DNA from: Methanohalobium sp.
Lineage (GTDB): Archaea > Halobacteriota > Methanosarcinia > Methanosarcinales > Methanosarcinaceae
Reading direction: 5' to 3'
DNA: 24,000 bases
Assembly: GCF_046546175.1 (NCBI RefSeq)
Contig: NZ_JBKGYF010000020.1
Location: 1,001-25,000, forward strand
The notes beneath the pieces were generated by a model. The model had not been told where the DNA came from, ran no database searches, and saw nothing but the letters and a program-made list of their open reading frames with translations. The position numbers and the translations under genes are program-made. Shown here piece by piece: positions 10,038 through 19,197 of this stretch (positions within the stretch are counted from its first letter, which is position 1; every line of letters begins with the position of its first letter).

Positions 10038-11432
10038 ATGATTGCAGGAAAGGGTAGCTATAAAAACATCGCTGTACTTGACCTTACCCATGGCGGTGTA
10101 ACAATCGCCAAAAAACTGTCGGAACTTGGGTATAATGTATATGCAGTGGATGTTTATAATACAGTAGATGCTGAAACGCTTTCCTACCTGCAAATAAACA
10201 GCAACATTAGTACATTTAAAGAACCTTTTTTCGTAGATAACCTGGACCTTTTGATAGCTCCAGTACATCTGGATCCGGACTATCCGATGCTGGTACAGGC
10301 ATATAAAAAAGGTGTAGAAACAGCAACTCATCACAAGATAGTGGGGGATATATTATCTAGAGATAAAAGGGTTAAGGATGCAGCAATCATAGAGATAACC
10401 GGTACCAAGGGAAAAACAAGTACTGCATCGATTCTTGCAGACATCCTCTCAAGAAGAATGAACGTAATTCTTCATACATCGCAGGGGCTGGAATTCTGGA
10501 AAAATGGGTTACCTGAACGAATCTGTAATGGATTGAGTATCACACCAGGCAATATCCTGCAGGTAGTGGATATGTCGCTATCAAAAGAATTAAATCCGGA
10601 TGCATATGTTTTTGAGGTTTCCCTTGGAGGTACAGGTCTTGCCGATATGGGTATAATTACGACACTTAACCAAGACTTTACAATAGCAAATGGTACAAAA
10701 CAGGCTAGCAGTGCCAAATTAGAAATGATAGATAACGCAAAGCTAAACAGCAAAATGGTTATAAATTCCAATGCAAAAGAAGCAATTCTTTGTTCCAGAA
10801 AAAAACACATCAAAACCTTTGAATTCAATACAGGTAATGTCCCTGATAACCCAGTGGATTTAAATCTGATGTTTGATAATGATGGTATAATAATCAAACT
10901 ACAGGACGAAATGTTCTCAATAGATGCCGGTTATGGATATGACATCGAATCCTACACAACTGCGGTGGCAGCGGCTGTATCTGCAGCTCATGAAATGAAT
11001 GTAGAATTCCCCATTATCAAAAAAACACTCATCGAGTTTTCAGGATTAAAGGGAAGGATGCGTGAACAAAAGTTCAGTAATGGCATATTAATTGATAATT
11101 CCAACTCAGGAATGGATGCAGTATCAGCTGAAAAATCACTTGATTATGCACTCCGAAAGAAATGCAGCGGTAAGATTGTTATGATAATGGGTGAGGAATC
11201 TGCACAGGTTTGTGAGGGGTTATTCCTGAAAAATGTTCATGATTTTGTAGAACGCAGGAATGATGATATTGATCAATTAATTCTAGTAGGAGAAAGATTG
11301 TGCAATATAAAACATGAGGATGCATATTATACATCAACTCTTGACGAGGGGTTAAAGGTTGCTTTTGATATTGCGGATAAATATCTTGGCTCTGATAATC
11401 TTATAATCTCCAGTGTCAAATGTTTCAGATAA
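10038..11432 (+). CDS. cfbE: Coenzyme F430 synthetase CfbE (Mur-ligase family)
   Basis: 464 aa. Mur ligase P-loop [10 protein letters not shown] in the middle domain. Sits between cbiX(S) and the nifD/nifH-like genes, as in the published cfb clusters. Confidence 0.85.
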   Translation: MIAGKGSYKNIAVLDLTHGGVTIAKKLSELGYNVYAVDVYNTVDAETLSYLQINSNISTFKEPFFVDNLDLLIAPVHLDPDYPMLVQAYKKGVETATHHKIVGDILSRDKRVKDAAIIEITGTKGKTSTASILADILSRRMNVILHTSQGLEFWKNGLPERICNGLSITPGNILQVVDMSLSKELNPDAYVFEVSLGGTGLADMGIITTLNQDFTIANGTKQASSAKLEMIDNAKLNSKMVINSNAKEAILCSRKKHIKTFEFNTGNVPDNPVDLNLMFDNDGIIIKLQDEMFSIDAGYGYDIESYTTAVAAAVSAAHEMNVEFPIIKKTLIEFSGLKGRMREQKFSNGILIDNSNSGMDAVSAEKSLDYALRKKCSGKIVMIMGEESAQVCEGLFLKNVHDFVERRNDDIDQLILVGERLCNIKHEDAYYTSTLDEGLKVAFDIADKYLGSDNLIISSVKCFR

Positions 11433-11454
11433 CATAGTTTTTAAGAGGAAGAAT

Positions 11455-12579
11455 ATGAGTACAAATTCCAGAACTAAAGAGCTTTCTATTATCCATCCAC
11501 GTCCCAGTTCCATAGTAGCCGCATTGTACACACTTAGGGACCTGAATGTTGATGTTGCTATTCTACACGGTCCTCCAGGCTGTTCTTTCAAGCATGCACG
11601 GTTACTGGAAGAGGACGGAATACATGTATTGACAACAGCTCTTGATGAGAACTGTTTCGTGTTTGGTGGTCATTATGAGCTTGTAAATGTCATCAACAAA
11701 GCAGTAGAACTGTTCAATCCAAATCTTATAGGTATAGTAGGAACCTGTGCAAGCATGATAATCGGTGAAGACCTTCATGAACCTGTTCTGAATGCAAACC
11801 TTGGTATTCCGGTTATTGAAGTTGAAGTGCATGCAGGTTTCAGTGACAATACCAAGGGTGTGCTTTTTGCCCTTGAATCTGCACTGGATGCCGGAATTAT
11901 CGATAGAACCGAATTTGAAAGACAGAAATATTTGCTTGAAGAAGCAACCAATGTAGAAAAACGACATGGTGCAGCAAGTAAAGAGTATCTTGAACCATCA
12001 AGGGGAGATGTGAAGTACAAGGTCGGTAAACGTATTATTGAGCTTCTAAAAGAGGGGAAACGCGGTATAACCATCATGAATGCCAAAAAAGAAACCGGTT
12101 ATATGTTTGCGGATATTACACTGGCAGTGAATCAGGCAGCTTCAAAACTTGGTAAAGAATCAAATATCATTAACATGGCAAATATCGATGACTCGGTGGG
12201 TCTGCCCCGTGTCCGCCAGCATGCCAGGAATATCATGAATGATTTTGGTGAAAACAGCGTAGAAATCCATGAATTGGTAGGTGGAATGGACGAATATCCA
12301 ATTACAGGAGATAAAATTAACAGGCTGGTAGAGGAAAAATACAGCAACTATGATTTTGCGGTAATATCCGGAGTTCCCCATGCCATACCCATGGCTAATT
12401 TATCGGATATGGAAATCATATCAGTCACCAATGGTCCAAGACAGGTAATACCATTAAAAGAAATGGGTCACAACCGTGTAATTGTTGAGGTAGACCTTCA
12501 TCCCAAGACACTTGGTGTCGATTACATTGTTGAATCCGAATTCGGGGCGACATTAAGGGAAATAATAAATGATAAATAA
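11455..12579 (+). CDS. cfbD: Ni-sirohydrochlorin a,c-diamide reductive cyclase, NifD/BchN-like subunit CfbD
   Basis: The track ORF starts at 11413 and would overlap the cfbE end. ATG 11455 has an AAGAGGAAG SD and gives [46 protein letters not shown], a typical NflD/CfbD N-terminus. Confidence 0.85.
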   Translation: MSTNSRTKELSIIHPRPSSIVAALYTLRDLNVDVAILHGPPGCSFKHARLLEEDGIHVLTTALDENCFVFGGHYELVNVINKAVELFNPNLIGIVGTCASMIIGEDLHEPVLNANLGIPVIEVEVHAGFSDNTKGVLFALESALDAGIIDRTEFERQKYLLEEATNVEKRHGAASKEYLEPSRGDVKYKVGKRIIELLKEGKRGITIMNAKKETGYMFADITLAVNQAASKLGKESNIINMANIDDSVGLPRVRQHARNIMNDFGENSVEIHELVGGMDEYPITGDKINRLVEEKYSNYDFAVISGVPHAIPMANLSDMEIISVTNGPRQVIPLKEMGHNRVIVEVDLHPKTLGVDYIVESEFGATLREIINDK

Positions 12580-12591
12580 ATCAGTGGTAGG

Positions 12592-13467
12592 ATGAAGAAT
12601 AATAAAGGAAATGACAAACAAAAACGAATAGCTCTGTATGGTAAAGGCGGTATAGGCAAATCAAGCACGGTGTCCAATGTAGCAGCCGCATGCGCAGATC
12701 AAGGATACAGAGTTATGATTATCGGTTGCGACCCCAAAAGTGATTCATCTATAACCTTACTTGGTGGGGAACGGATACCCACAATACTGGACCTCCTGCG
12801 TGACGGGATGGATATAAAAGAAGAAGACGTAGTTTTTGAAGGATATCATGGAGTTAAATGTGTAGAAGTAGGAGGTCCTGAACCGGGTATTGGCTGTGCA
12901 GGACGCGGAATTATCGTTTCCATCAAACAATTAAAAAGAATCTCTGATTCAATGGATGATATGGACCTTATAATCTATGATGTACCAGGTGATATTGTAT
13001 GTGGGGGGTTTGTGGCACCGGTGAGAAAGGGTATGGTAAATGAATCCTATATATTAACCTCTGGTGAATATATGCCCATGTACGCTGCAAACAATATCTG
13101 TAGCGGACTTTCAAAAATCAATACAAAACTAAGCGGGATTATCTGCAATTCACGTGATGTCACCAATGAGAAAGAAATTGTTGAAGAATTTGCACATGAG
13201 ATAGGAAGTGAGTTGTTATCATTTATCCCAAAAGAACAGATTGTCCAGGATTGTGAACGTGAGGGTTACTCTGTGATGGAAATAGCACCTGATTCAGAGG
13301 TTGCACAGGTGTATCGGGAACTGGCACAAAAAATAATGTCAAGAACCGAATCTGATTCAGTCCTTCCGGATTCAATGGATGATGTACAACTTCGAGAGCT
13401 TGCAAGAAAACAAAGTAAATCTGTGTCACAATGTCATCACAAAAAAACGGTTTTCAGGACCGAATAA
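12592..13467 (+). CDS. cfbC: Ni-sirohydrochlorin a,c-diamide reductive cyclase, NifH-like ATPase subunit CfbC
   Basis: 291 aa. [11 protein letters not shown]-loop, CDPKSDS switch I, and cluster Cys residues in GCAGRG and VCGGF. By my recollection of typical CfbC length, it carries a C-terminal tail of about 30 aa beyond the NifH core. Confidence 0.9.
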   Translation: MKNNKGNDKQKRIALYGKGGIGKSSTVSNVAAACADQGYRVMIIGCDPKSDSSITLLGGERIPTILDLLRDGMDIKEEDVVFEGYHGVKCVEVGGPEPGIGCAGRGIIVSIKQLKRISDSMDDMDLIIYDVPGDIVCGGFVAPVRKGMVNESYILTSGEYMPMYAANNICSGLSKINTKLSGIICNSRDVTNEKEIVEEFAHEIGSELLSFIPKEQIVQDCEREGYSVMEIAPDSEVAQVYRELAQKIMSRTESDSVLPDSMDDVQLRELARKQSKSVSQCHHKKTVFRTE

Positions 13468-13475
13468 CATTACCG

Positions 13476-14909
13476 ATGCCAAGGGTACTTCTGGCAGCAG
13501 ACCGCTCATCTTCTGGTAAAACCACAATAACCAGCGGATTACTGGCAGCACTTACTGCACAGGGATACCGGGTTCAGCCTTTTAAAGTAGGTCTGGATTA
13601 CATAGACCCCAGCTATCATTCAGAAATCACAAGTATAAGGGCACGTAACCTTGATGGCTATCTAATGGATGATAATAAGATACTTGATGTATTTACCCAT
13701 GCATGTGAAACTGAAAAAGCGGATGTAGCTGTTATAGAAGGTGTAAGGGGTCTGTTCGAAGGACTTGAGAGTTTCAGTGATACAGGAAGCACCGCCCAGA
13801 TTGCAAAGGTACTGAATTGTCCCGTGGTACTTATAATCAATGCCAGAAGTATCACACGATCAGCAGCTGCAATTGTCAATGGCTATAAAAATTTTGATCA
13901 GGACGTGAATATTGCAGGAGTGATTCTCAACAATATTGGTGGCGCTCGTCATGCAAAAAAAGCAAAAGATGCAATCGAACATTACACAGGGATTCCTGTA
14001 ATCGGTATGATACCCAGAGACAGTTCTATGCAGATATCAATGCGCCATCTGGGGCTTGTTCCTGCGCTTGAAGGACGGCAAAAGGATGGAGAGTTTAATA
14101 AAAGAATTCACAGGATAGAATATATCATTTCAGAAAATGTAAATATCGAGAAAATAATCGAAATTTCCCAGAGTGTATCTCCTGTTGAAAAACCTGTGAA
14201 TACACTATTCAAACCACATCAAAATTCTAATAAACCAACTATCGGTATTGCTCTTGATGAAGCTTTTAATTTTTATTATCATAACAATATCGAATTACTC
14301 AAACTGGAAGGTGCCAGAATTAAATATTTTAGCCCGGTTAATGATACACATCTGCCTCAGGTCGACGGTCTTTATATAGGAGGGGGTTATCCCGAACTTT
14401 TTGGAGAGGAACTGGAATCCAATGAATCCATGCAAAAAGATATAAAAGAAGCATCATTACAGGGTTTGCCCATCTACGCAGAATGTGGAGGGCTTATGTA
14501 TCTTACTGAAAAACTGACAACCGGTTTTCAAAACAACAATAAAAACAAGTACCACATGGCAGATATGCAGGAATCAACCTATGATATGGTTGGAGCTCTT
14601 CCAGGGCATACACTTATGGGGCATAAACGCGTTGTAAGCTATAACATCGGAATGTTTAACAGAGATTCTGTTATCGGAAAAGCTGGCAATTCTTTCAGGG
14701 GACATGAGTTCCATCATTCAGAAATAACTGAACTCCCTTCAAACTCAAAATTTACAATCAAACTTTCCAGAGGCACAGGAATAATCAGAGGATGGGATGG
14801 TTTAACAGCAAACAATACAATGGGTTCTTATGCCCATCTTGAAGCGGTATCCTATGAAGAGTTTGCTTCATCATTTGTTGATTTTATATGTAAATCTGAT
14901 AATATTTAA
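13476..14909 (+). CDS. cfbB: Ni-sirohydrochlorin a,c-diamide synthase CfbB (CbiA/CobB family amidotransferase)
   Basis: The track start 13431 overlaps cfbC by 37 nt. ATG 13476 gives [17 protein letters not shown], the canonical CbiA N-terminus. C-terminal GATase domain with the nucleophile in ECGGLMYL. Confidence 0.85.
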   Translation: MPRVLLAADRSSSGKTTITSGLLAALTAQGYRVQPFKVGLDYIDPSYHSEITSIRARNLDGYLMDDNKILDVFTHACETEKADVAVIEGVRGLFEGLESFSDTGSTAQIAKVLNCPVVLIINARSITRSAAAIVNGYKNFDQDVNIAGVILNNIGGARHAKKAKDAIEHYTGIPVIGMIPRDSSMQISMRHLGLVPALEGRQKDGEFNKRIHRIEYIISENVNIEKIIEISQSVSPVEKPVNTLFKPHQNSNKPTIGIALDEAFNFYYHNNIELLKLEGARIKYFSPVNDTHLPQVDGLYIGGGYPELFGEELESNESMQKDIKEASLQGLPIYAECGGLMYLTEKLTTGFQNNNKNKYHMADMQESTYDMVGALPGHTLMGHKRVVSYNIGMFNRDSVIGKAGNSFRGHEFHHSEITELPSNSKFTIKLSRGTGIIRGWDGLTANNTMGSYAHLEAVSYEEFASSFVDFICKSDNI

Positions 14910-14927
14910 AAATTCAAGGTTATCCGG

Positions 14928-15992
14928 GTGAACTATTTGATAGGTGAGCTGACCAATGATAAAGTACTGGTTGATGAAAAGGGTATAGATGAATTATATA
15001 ATACCGGTTACTTCGGACGACCGAAAAATGATAAACTGGAATTAAGTCTGGTAGAGGCTGCGTATCTTCTCTATCGAAACAAAATCAACATCCGAGAAAA
15101 TGGAAATACACTTGATTTTGTTGATTTTTTTAAAAAAGCATCCCTCAGACAGCAGTATTTTGAATTGAAATACATTGTTTATAAGGATATACGTGAGAGG
15201 GGTTTGTACATCCAGCCAGGGGTCACGGATTTTCGTGTGTATTCAAGGGGTGGTCATCCGGGAAAATCTCAAGCGAAGAGTTTCATCCATGTACATTCTG
15301 AGCGTATACCGCTTCATCTTAAGGATTTACAGAAATTGTTGAATACTGCTGATAATGTCCACAAACAGTTGATACTCGCAGTTGTTGACGAAGAAAGCGA
15401 TATAACCTTTTATGAGGCTAAAAAGGTTAATGTTAAAGGTAAAATGGAGACCCCATATCCGGATTTAAAAACCAGTGCCTCTTTGCTGGAAGACAGGGTT
15501 ATTGTCTGGAACAGTGAATCATCCAATACAATACATGAAAATGGTTTCTACGGCAAATTGCTTGATTCTGAGCGTCTTCAGTTATCGCTTGTTGAGTCTG
15601 GATACCTGCTTGAGAATGGTATTATCCAGATCAGTGACCGTGAAAATGGGGATGACCTAAATTTCAATGATTTTTCAAAAAGGTCATCATCCATAGAATC
15701 GGAATTCCCGCGAAAATGTAGGGTTTACAGTGACCTGAGAAACAGAGGACTTGTTCCAAAGACAGGTTTTAAATTCGGGACACATTTCAGGGTTTATAAA
15801 CAGGTTGAATCCGTTGATAAAATACCGCATTCTGAATATCTTGTCCATGCACTATCTAAAGATTATGAATTTATCCTTCCAGTTATGTCAAGGGCAATCA
15901 GACTGGCAAACAGTGTCAAAAAACGAATGCTTTTCGCAGTGGAAAATGGCAAATGGTTTGAATATATTGATATTGGTAGAGTGAAAATGTAA
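14928..15992 (+). CDS. endA: tRNA-splicing endonuclease EndA, duplicated (two-repeat) form
   Basis: 354 aa made of two tandem EndA-like units (GYFGRP..LSLVEAAYLL.. and GFYGKL..LSLVESGYLL..). The second unit retains the catalytic-type FRVY..HSEYLV..K region. GTG start with AGGT SD 7 nt upstream. Confidence 0.85.
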   Translation: MNYLIGELTNDKVLVDEKGIDELYNTGYFGRPKNDKLELSLVEAAYLLYRNKINIRENGNTLDFVDFFKKASLRQQYFELKYIVYKDIRERGLYIQPGVTDFRVYSRGGHPGKSQAKSFIHVHSERIPLHLKDLQKLLNTADNVHKQLILAVVDEESDITFYEAKKVNVKGKMETPYPDLKTSASLLEDRVIVWNSESSNTIHENGFYGKLLDSERLQLSLVESGYLLENGIIQISDRENGDDLNFNDFSKRSSSIESEFPRKCRVYSDLRNRGLVPKTGFKFGTHFRVYKQVESVDKIPHSEYLVHALSKDYEFILPVMSRAIRLANSVKKRMLFAVENGKWFEYIDIGRVKM

Positions 15993-16000
15993 GAGATAGC

Positions 16001-16393
16001 ATGTGGAACCTTATTGCTGTTGATATATCAGGACGACATAAAATCACTGACGGTTACTATATGGTATGTGCAGCTGTAGCTGTTGTATCTTCTGCTGACC
16101 ATGTTGAAAAAGTAAATCAGGTAAAAATCAAACCTTTCTGGATGGATACTGCTCCGCAGGTGACAGATGTTGTCAGGATAATCGAAGAAACTGTCAAAGA
16201 AATCGAAGTTGAAGGTACGATTATTACCGAAAAGGGTGATATGTACAATAAACCGGAGTGGGTGGTAACAAGCATGTTTTCACGGAATTTTAAGTATCAA
16301 GAATCTTTGAGTGAAAGACTTGCAATTGAAATTGCACATCATATCTCACTGAGTGCTCGAAATCTCCTTATTGAAGAACTCAATATATCTTAA
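16001..16393 (+). CDS. Small conserved archaeal protein, possibly DUF2209 family
   Basis: 130 aa, N-terminal IAVDISGRH strand. Starts 8 nt after the endA stop. Family name recalled, not verified. Confidence 0.4.
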   Translation: MWNLIAVDISGRHKITDGYYMVCAAVAVVSSADHVEKVNQVKIKPFWMDTAPQVTDVVRIIEETVKEIEVEGTIITEKGDMYNKPEWVVTSMFSRNFKYQESLSERLAIEIAHHISLSARNLLIEELNIS

Positions 16394-16441
16394 TTTGTAG
16401 TAATATAACATAGTTGAAAAAGTGTAATATATCGTGTTTTT

Positions 16442-17698
16442 ATGAAACCAGTAATCCTTGTACAGAGAAATAAACCAGGGGGTAATGAAGCAGAAAATTC
16501 TGATAAACTTTTTGAATTAAAAGAGCTTGCAAAGTCTGCCGGTTATAATGTGGTAGGGGAAATTTTACAATCCAAAAACCCTGACAGAAGGTATCAGGTT
16601 GGCAGAGGTAAAGTTGATGAACTGGCACTACTTGTAAGTGAATGCGGTGCAGAAAAAATAATATTCTACAATCAGCTCAGCACCATACAAATTTACAATA
16701 TATCTGAGACCTGTAAATGTGAAGTAATCGATAAGTTCCATCTTATCCTTGAAATTTTTGCAACAAGGGCAACTACAAAACGTGCAAAACTACAAGTGGA
16801 GCTTGCAAAACTTGAATATGAACTTCCAAAAGCAAAAAATATTGTATCTCTGCTCAAACAGGAGGAACGTCCCGGATTCATGGGTCTTGGGGAATATGAG
16901 GATTCCTATGAACAGGATATTAAAAACAGAATAAGTAGAATAAAAAACGAATTGAAAACCGTCAAAAAGGACAGGGAATCCCTGCGAAAGTTCAGGCATG
17001 ATAAGGGTTTCTCACTTGTGGCGTTGGCGGGTTATACCAATGCGGGTAAAAGCACACTGTTTAATACAATTGTGAATGAAGATGTAACTGTTGAAGACAT
17101 GCTTTTTACAACTCTTTCACCTGTGACACGCTCACTCAATCTGGGAGGCAGGCATGTGCTTCTTACTGATACTGTAGGTTTTATTGAAGACCTGCCCCAC
17201 TGGATGATTGATGCCTTCCGCTCAACTCTTGATGAGATATTCCTTACTGATGTAATTCTTCTTGTAGTTGATATTACTGAAGATCCGGCAACAATCCGCA
17301 AAAAACTTGCCACATCCCATGAAATTCTTTGGGAAAAAATTGAAGGAGCACATATTGTGACAGTTTTGAACAAAGTGGATTCCGTATCAAAAGATGAACT
17401 CGATGAGAGGGTTAAAAAAGTCAAATACCTGGCACCAAATCCGGTGTTGATTTCCGCGAAAACCGGATATGGTTTTGATGATCTCAAAAGTGAAACCAAT
17501 CGACAGGTACCCAGATGGAAACGTACAAATGTATCGCTTCCGATGTCAGATTATGGAATGTCTGCAGTTTCATGGCTCTTTGAAGAAGGAGTAGTCCACA
17601 GTATTGACTACGGAGATTACATCGAAGTCGACCTTGAAGCCAGAGACGAAATAATTCATAAGGTACGGGTTTTTGAAAAAGAAGTCTTTGCAGAATGA
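16442..17698 (+). CDS. hflX: GTPase HflX
   Basis: 418 aa. HflX N-terminal domain, coiled linker, then G-domain motifs GYTNAGKSTLFN, DTVGF and NKVD. Confidence 0.9.
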   Translation: MKPVILVQRNKPGGNEAENSDKLFELKELAKSAGYNVVGEILQSKNPDRRYQVGRGKVDELALLVSECGAEKIIFYNQLSTIQIYNISETCKCEVIDKFHLILEIFATRATTKRAKLQVELAKLEYELPKAKNIVSLLKQEERPGFMGLGEYEDSYEQDIKNRISRIKNELKTVKKDRESLRKFRHDKGFSLVALAGYTNAGKSTLFNTIVNEDVTVEDMLFTTLSPVTRSLNLGGRHVLLTDTVGFIEDLPHWMIDAFRSTLDEIFLTDVILLVVDITEDPATIRKKLATSHEILWEKIEGAHIVTVLNKVDSVSKDELDERVKKVKYLAPNPVLISAKTGYGFDDLKSETNRQVPRWKRTNVSLPMSDYGMSAVSWLFEEGVVHSIDYGDYIEVDLEARDEIIHKVRVFEKEVFAE

Positions 17699-17763
17699 TA
17701 TATGTTAACTTTGTTCGTACGAGGGCGAAAGGTATATTAACCATAAAATCATTAGTATAATTA

Positions 17764-17848
17764 CGAACGGGTTTCTACTCTATTCTGATGTTCTCCATCC
17801 TACCCTTTTCTCCCATACATACCTCCATTCTTACATAAAACCCGTTCG
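17764..17848. repeat. Perfect 11-bp inverted repeat (CGAACGGGTTT / AAACCCGTTCG) enclosing a 63-nt G-poor spacer
   Basis: 17764-17774 is the exact reverse complement of 17838-17848. The spacer has only 2 G in 63 nt. A further GTTCGTA (17713-17719) can pair with TACGAAC (17762-17768), which would compete with the main stem. Confidence 0.6.
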
Positions 17849-17862
17849 CTCCTCCACACATC

Positions 17863-17870
17863 TTTATATA
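17863..17870 (+). promoter_or_regulatory. Candidate TATA box upstream of the PHP gene
   Basis: Exact TTTATATA 56 nt upstream of ATG 17926. A second TTTATAAA at 17896-17903 could instead drive a near-leaderless transcript. Confidence 0.3.
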
Positions 17871-17925
17871 CGTGGATTTTTTCTATTCCCAAATATTTAT
17901 AAATCCTTGTGGCTTTCCAGTTTAT

Positions 17926-18594
17926 ATGCAGTTGAGACTTGATGTTCATGTACATTCCTGTTTTTCAAAAGACAGCAATTCTGATCTGGAATCTATAATT
18001 AAATTTGCAGAAAAAAATGGACTTGATGCAGTAGCTATCTGTGACCATGATACCGTTGAAGGCGGGATTGAAGGTTCCAGGATAGCAAGAGAGATTGGAA
18101 CCAGAATAACAGTTATACCCGGTATAGAGGTGACATCTTCAAAGGGTCATATACTTGTGCTTGGAATTGATGAAAATATAGATTCCAATCTGACTCCTGA
18201 AGAAACCATAAAAATCGCAAGGGAGTTAGGAGGAGTTGTAATACTTCCTCACCCCTTTAAAATATCCTCTCATGGTATTGGATATGTTGAAGGTTTAGAT
18301 ATTGATGCTGTAGAAGTACTGAACTCAAGATGTCTCACAGATAAACCCAACAATGAAGCCAGAAAAGCGGCAAGACTTCATAACATACCAGAAGCAGGAG
18401 GGAGTGATTCGCATATTCCTGAGATGGTTGGTCAAACCTACACTATAGTAGAAGCATCAGAAAATACACATGATGTGATACTTTCTGCTATAAGTGAAGG
18501 CAGAATAAGTGCAGGCGGTAAAAAAGTGCCTGTCAGTGTTGTTTTAAACCACACTCTATCCACTATCAAGAGAAAGTTTTTACAGCGGTTGTGA
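17926..18594 (+). CDS. PHP-domain metal-dependent phosphoesterase
   Basis: The track ORF starts at GTG 17872, inside the promoter-like region. ATG 17926 gives MQLRLDVHVHSCFSKDS (HxH motif), followed by AICDHD, GIEV, LPHP and GGSDSH, i.e. the PHP histidine/aspartate set. Confidence 0.8.
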   Translation: MQLRLDVHVHSCFSKDSNSDLESIIKFAEKNGLDAVAICDHDTVEGGIEGSRIAREIGTRITVIPGIEVTSSKGHILVLGIDENIDSNLTPEETIKIARELGGVVILPHPFKISSHGIGYVEGLDIDAVEVLNSRCLTDKPNNEARKAARLHNIPEAGGSDSHIPEMVGQTYTIVEASENTHDVILSAISEGRISAGGKKVPVSVVLNHTLSTIKRKFLQRL

Positions 18595-18601
18595 TGAGTA
18601 A

Positions 18602-19102
18602 TCAATCATCAATATTTAGTAAGTTGTACAAAAGTCTCATCGCCTGTTTTTCGCGTGTTCCGCCACATTTTTTTACTATTTTTTCGAGTTCATATATTAA
18701 ATTCAGATATTGTTCCCCGCCCAGTACCAGATAACGTGTTGCGTGGATTGAAGCATCCAGTACTGCATTAAAGCCCCTGTTAGGAGCTTTGATAACATTT
18801 CGGTTTATACATGCGTGTACCGGTAAAATATCTGCTACCAGTGTATCTTTTGTAAATTTTAAATCACTACATTCAAAAAGGATATAGATTAATGCATCTT
18901 TTAAAAACGGATATTGTTTGTTATCTATAGAAAATGTGTCAAATTCGGTATAATCAAGATTGCCAAATGCTGTACGTACAAAAACAACCGGGTCAATAAC
19001 CACATTCACAACCAGCCATCTTTCATTTACTACATTTTCATACGTCTGTGAACCTTCAAAAAGTCGGATTTGATTCCTGTAGTTTTTACGTATTATACCC
19101 AT
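18602..19102 (-). CDS. DUF447-like (FMN-binding split-barrel-like) protein; N-terminus unresolved, may extend to 19201 through an in-frame TAG
   Basis: 166 aa from ATG 19102. The same frame stays protein-like for 19 more codons upstream (DGISETIFTTGTDSPNAAP), then TAG, then 13 codons back to a TTG that overlaps the CitG-like stop. The PNAAPMG segment resembles the first strand of PNPOx/DUF447-type barrels. Confidence 0.55.
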   Translation of the reverse strand: MGIIRKNYRNQIRLFEGSQTYENVVNERWLVVNVVIDPVVFVRTAFGNLDYTEFDTFSIDNKQYPFLKDALIYILFECSDLKFTKDTLVADILPVHACINRNVIKAPNRGFNAVLDASIHATRYLVLGGEQYLNLIYELEKIVKKCGGTREKQAMRLLYNLLNIDD

Positions 19103-19197
19103 GGGTGCAGCATTTGGTGAATCCGTTCCTGTGGTGAAAATGGTTTCTGATATGCCGTCCTATATTCCGTAGTCATCAAGGTTTATATTTGCCTGAC

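Noticed and set aside
9526-10334. Minus-strand ORFs 9526-9813, 9747-9956, 9842-10039 and 10026-10334
   Set aside because: They are antisense to or overlap cfbA/cfbE and the AT-rich promoter region. Their products are compositionally odd and motif-free, while the plus-strand genes have strong signatures.
10038-11432. Mur-ligase homolog as a cell-wall (murein/pseudomurein) peptide ligase
   Set aside because: Its position inside the cfb cluster points to CfbE, the F430 synthetase. No other cell-wall genes are nearby.
11455-13467. NifD-like plus NifH-like genes as a nitrogen-fixation system
   Set aside because: There is no nifK/nifE/nifN/nifB and only a single short NifD-like subunit. The pair is flanked by cbiX(S), cbiA-like and Mur-ligase-like genes. 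This is the CfbCD reductive cyclase of F430 synthesis.
17775-17860. C/D-box or H/ACA guide sRNA, or a 17-codon minus-strand micro-ORF (MEVCMGEKGRMENIRIE), in the G-poor spacer
   Set aside because: There is only one CUGAUG, with no matching D/D' CUGA boxes at the correct spacing. The spacer has too few G to form an upper stem or a K-turn, and the ACA is 8-10 nt from the stem. The micro-ORF has its GGAGG directly abutting the ATG and no other support.
19150-19176. ATG at 19176 plus a frameshift as the DUF447-like start
   Set aside because: This explanation needs an indel. The in-frame TTG...TAG reading explains the same sequence without one. The frameshift is kept only as a minor alternative in the amber-codon finding.
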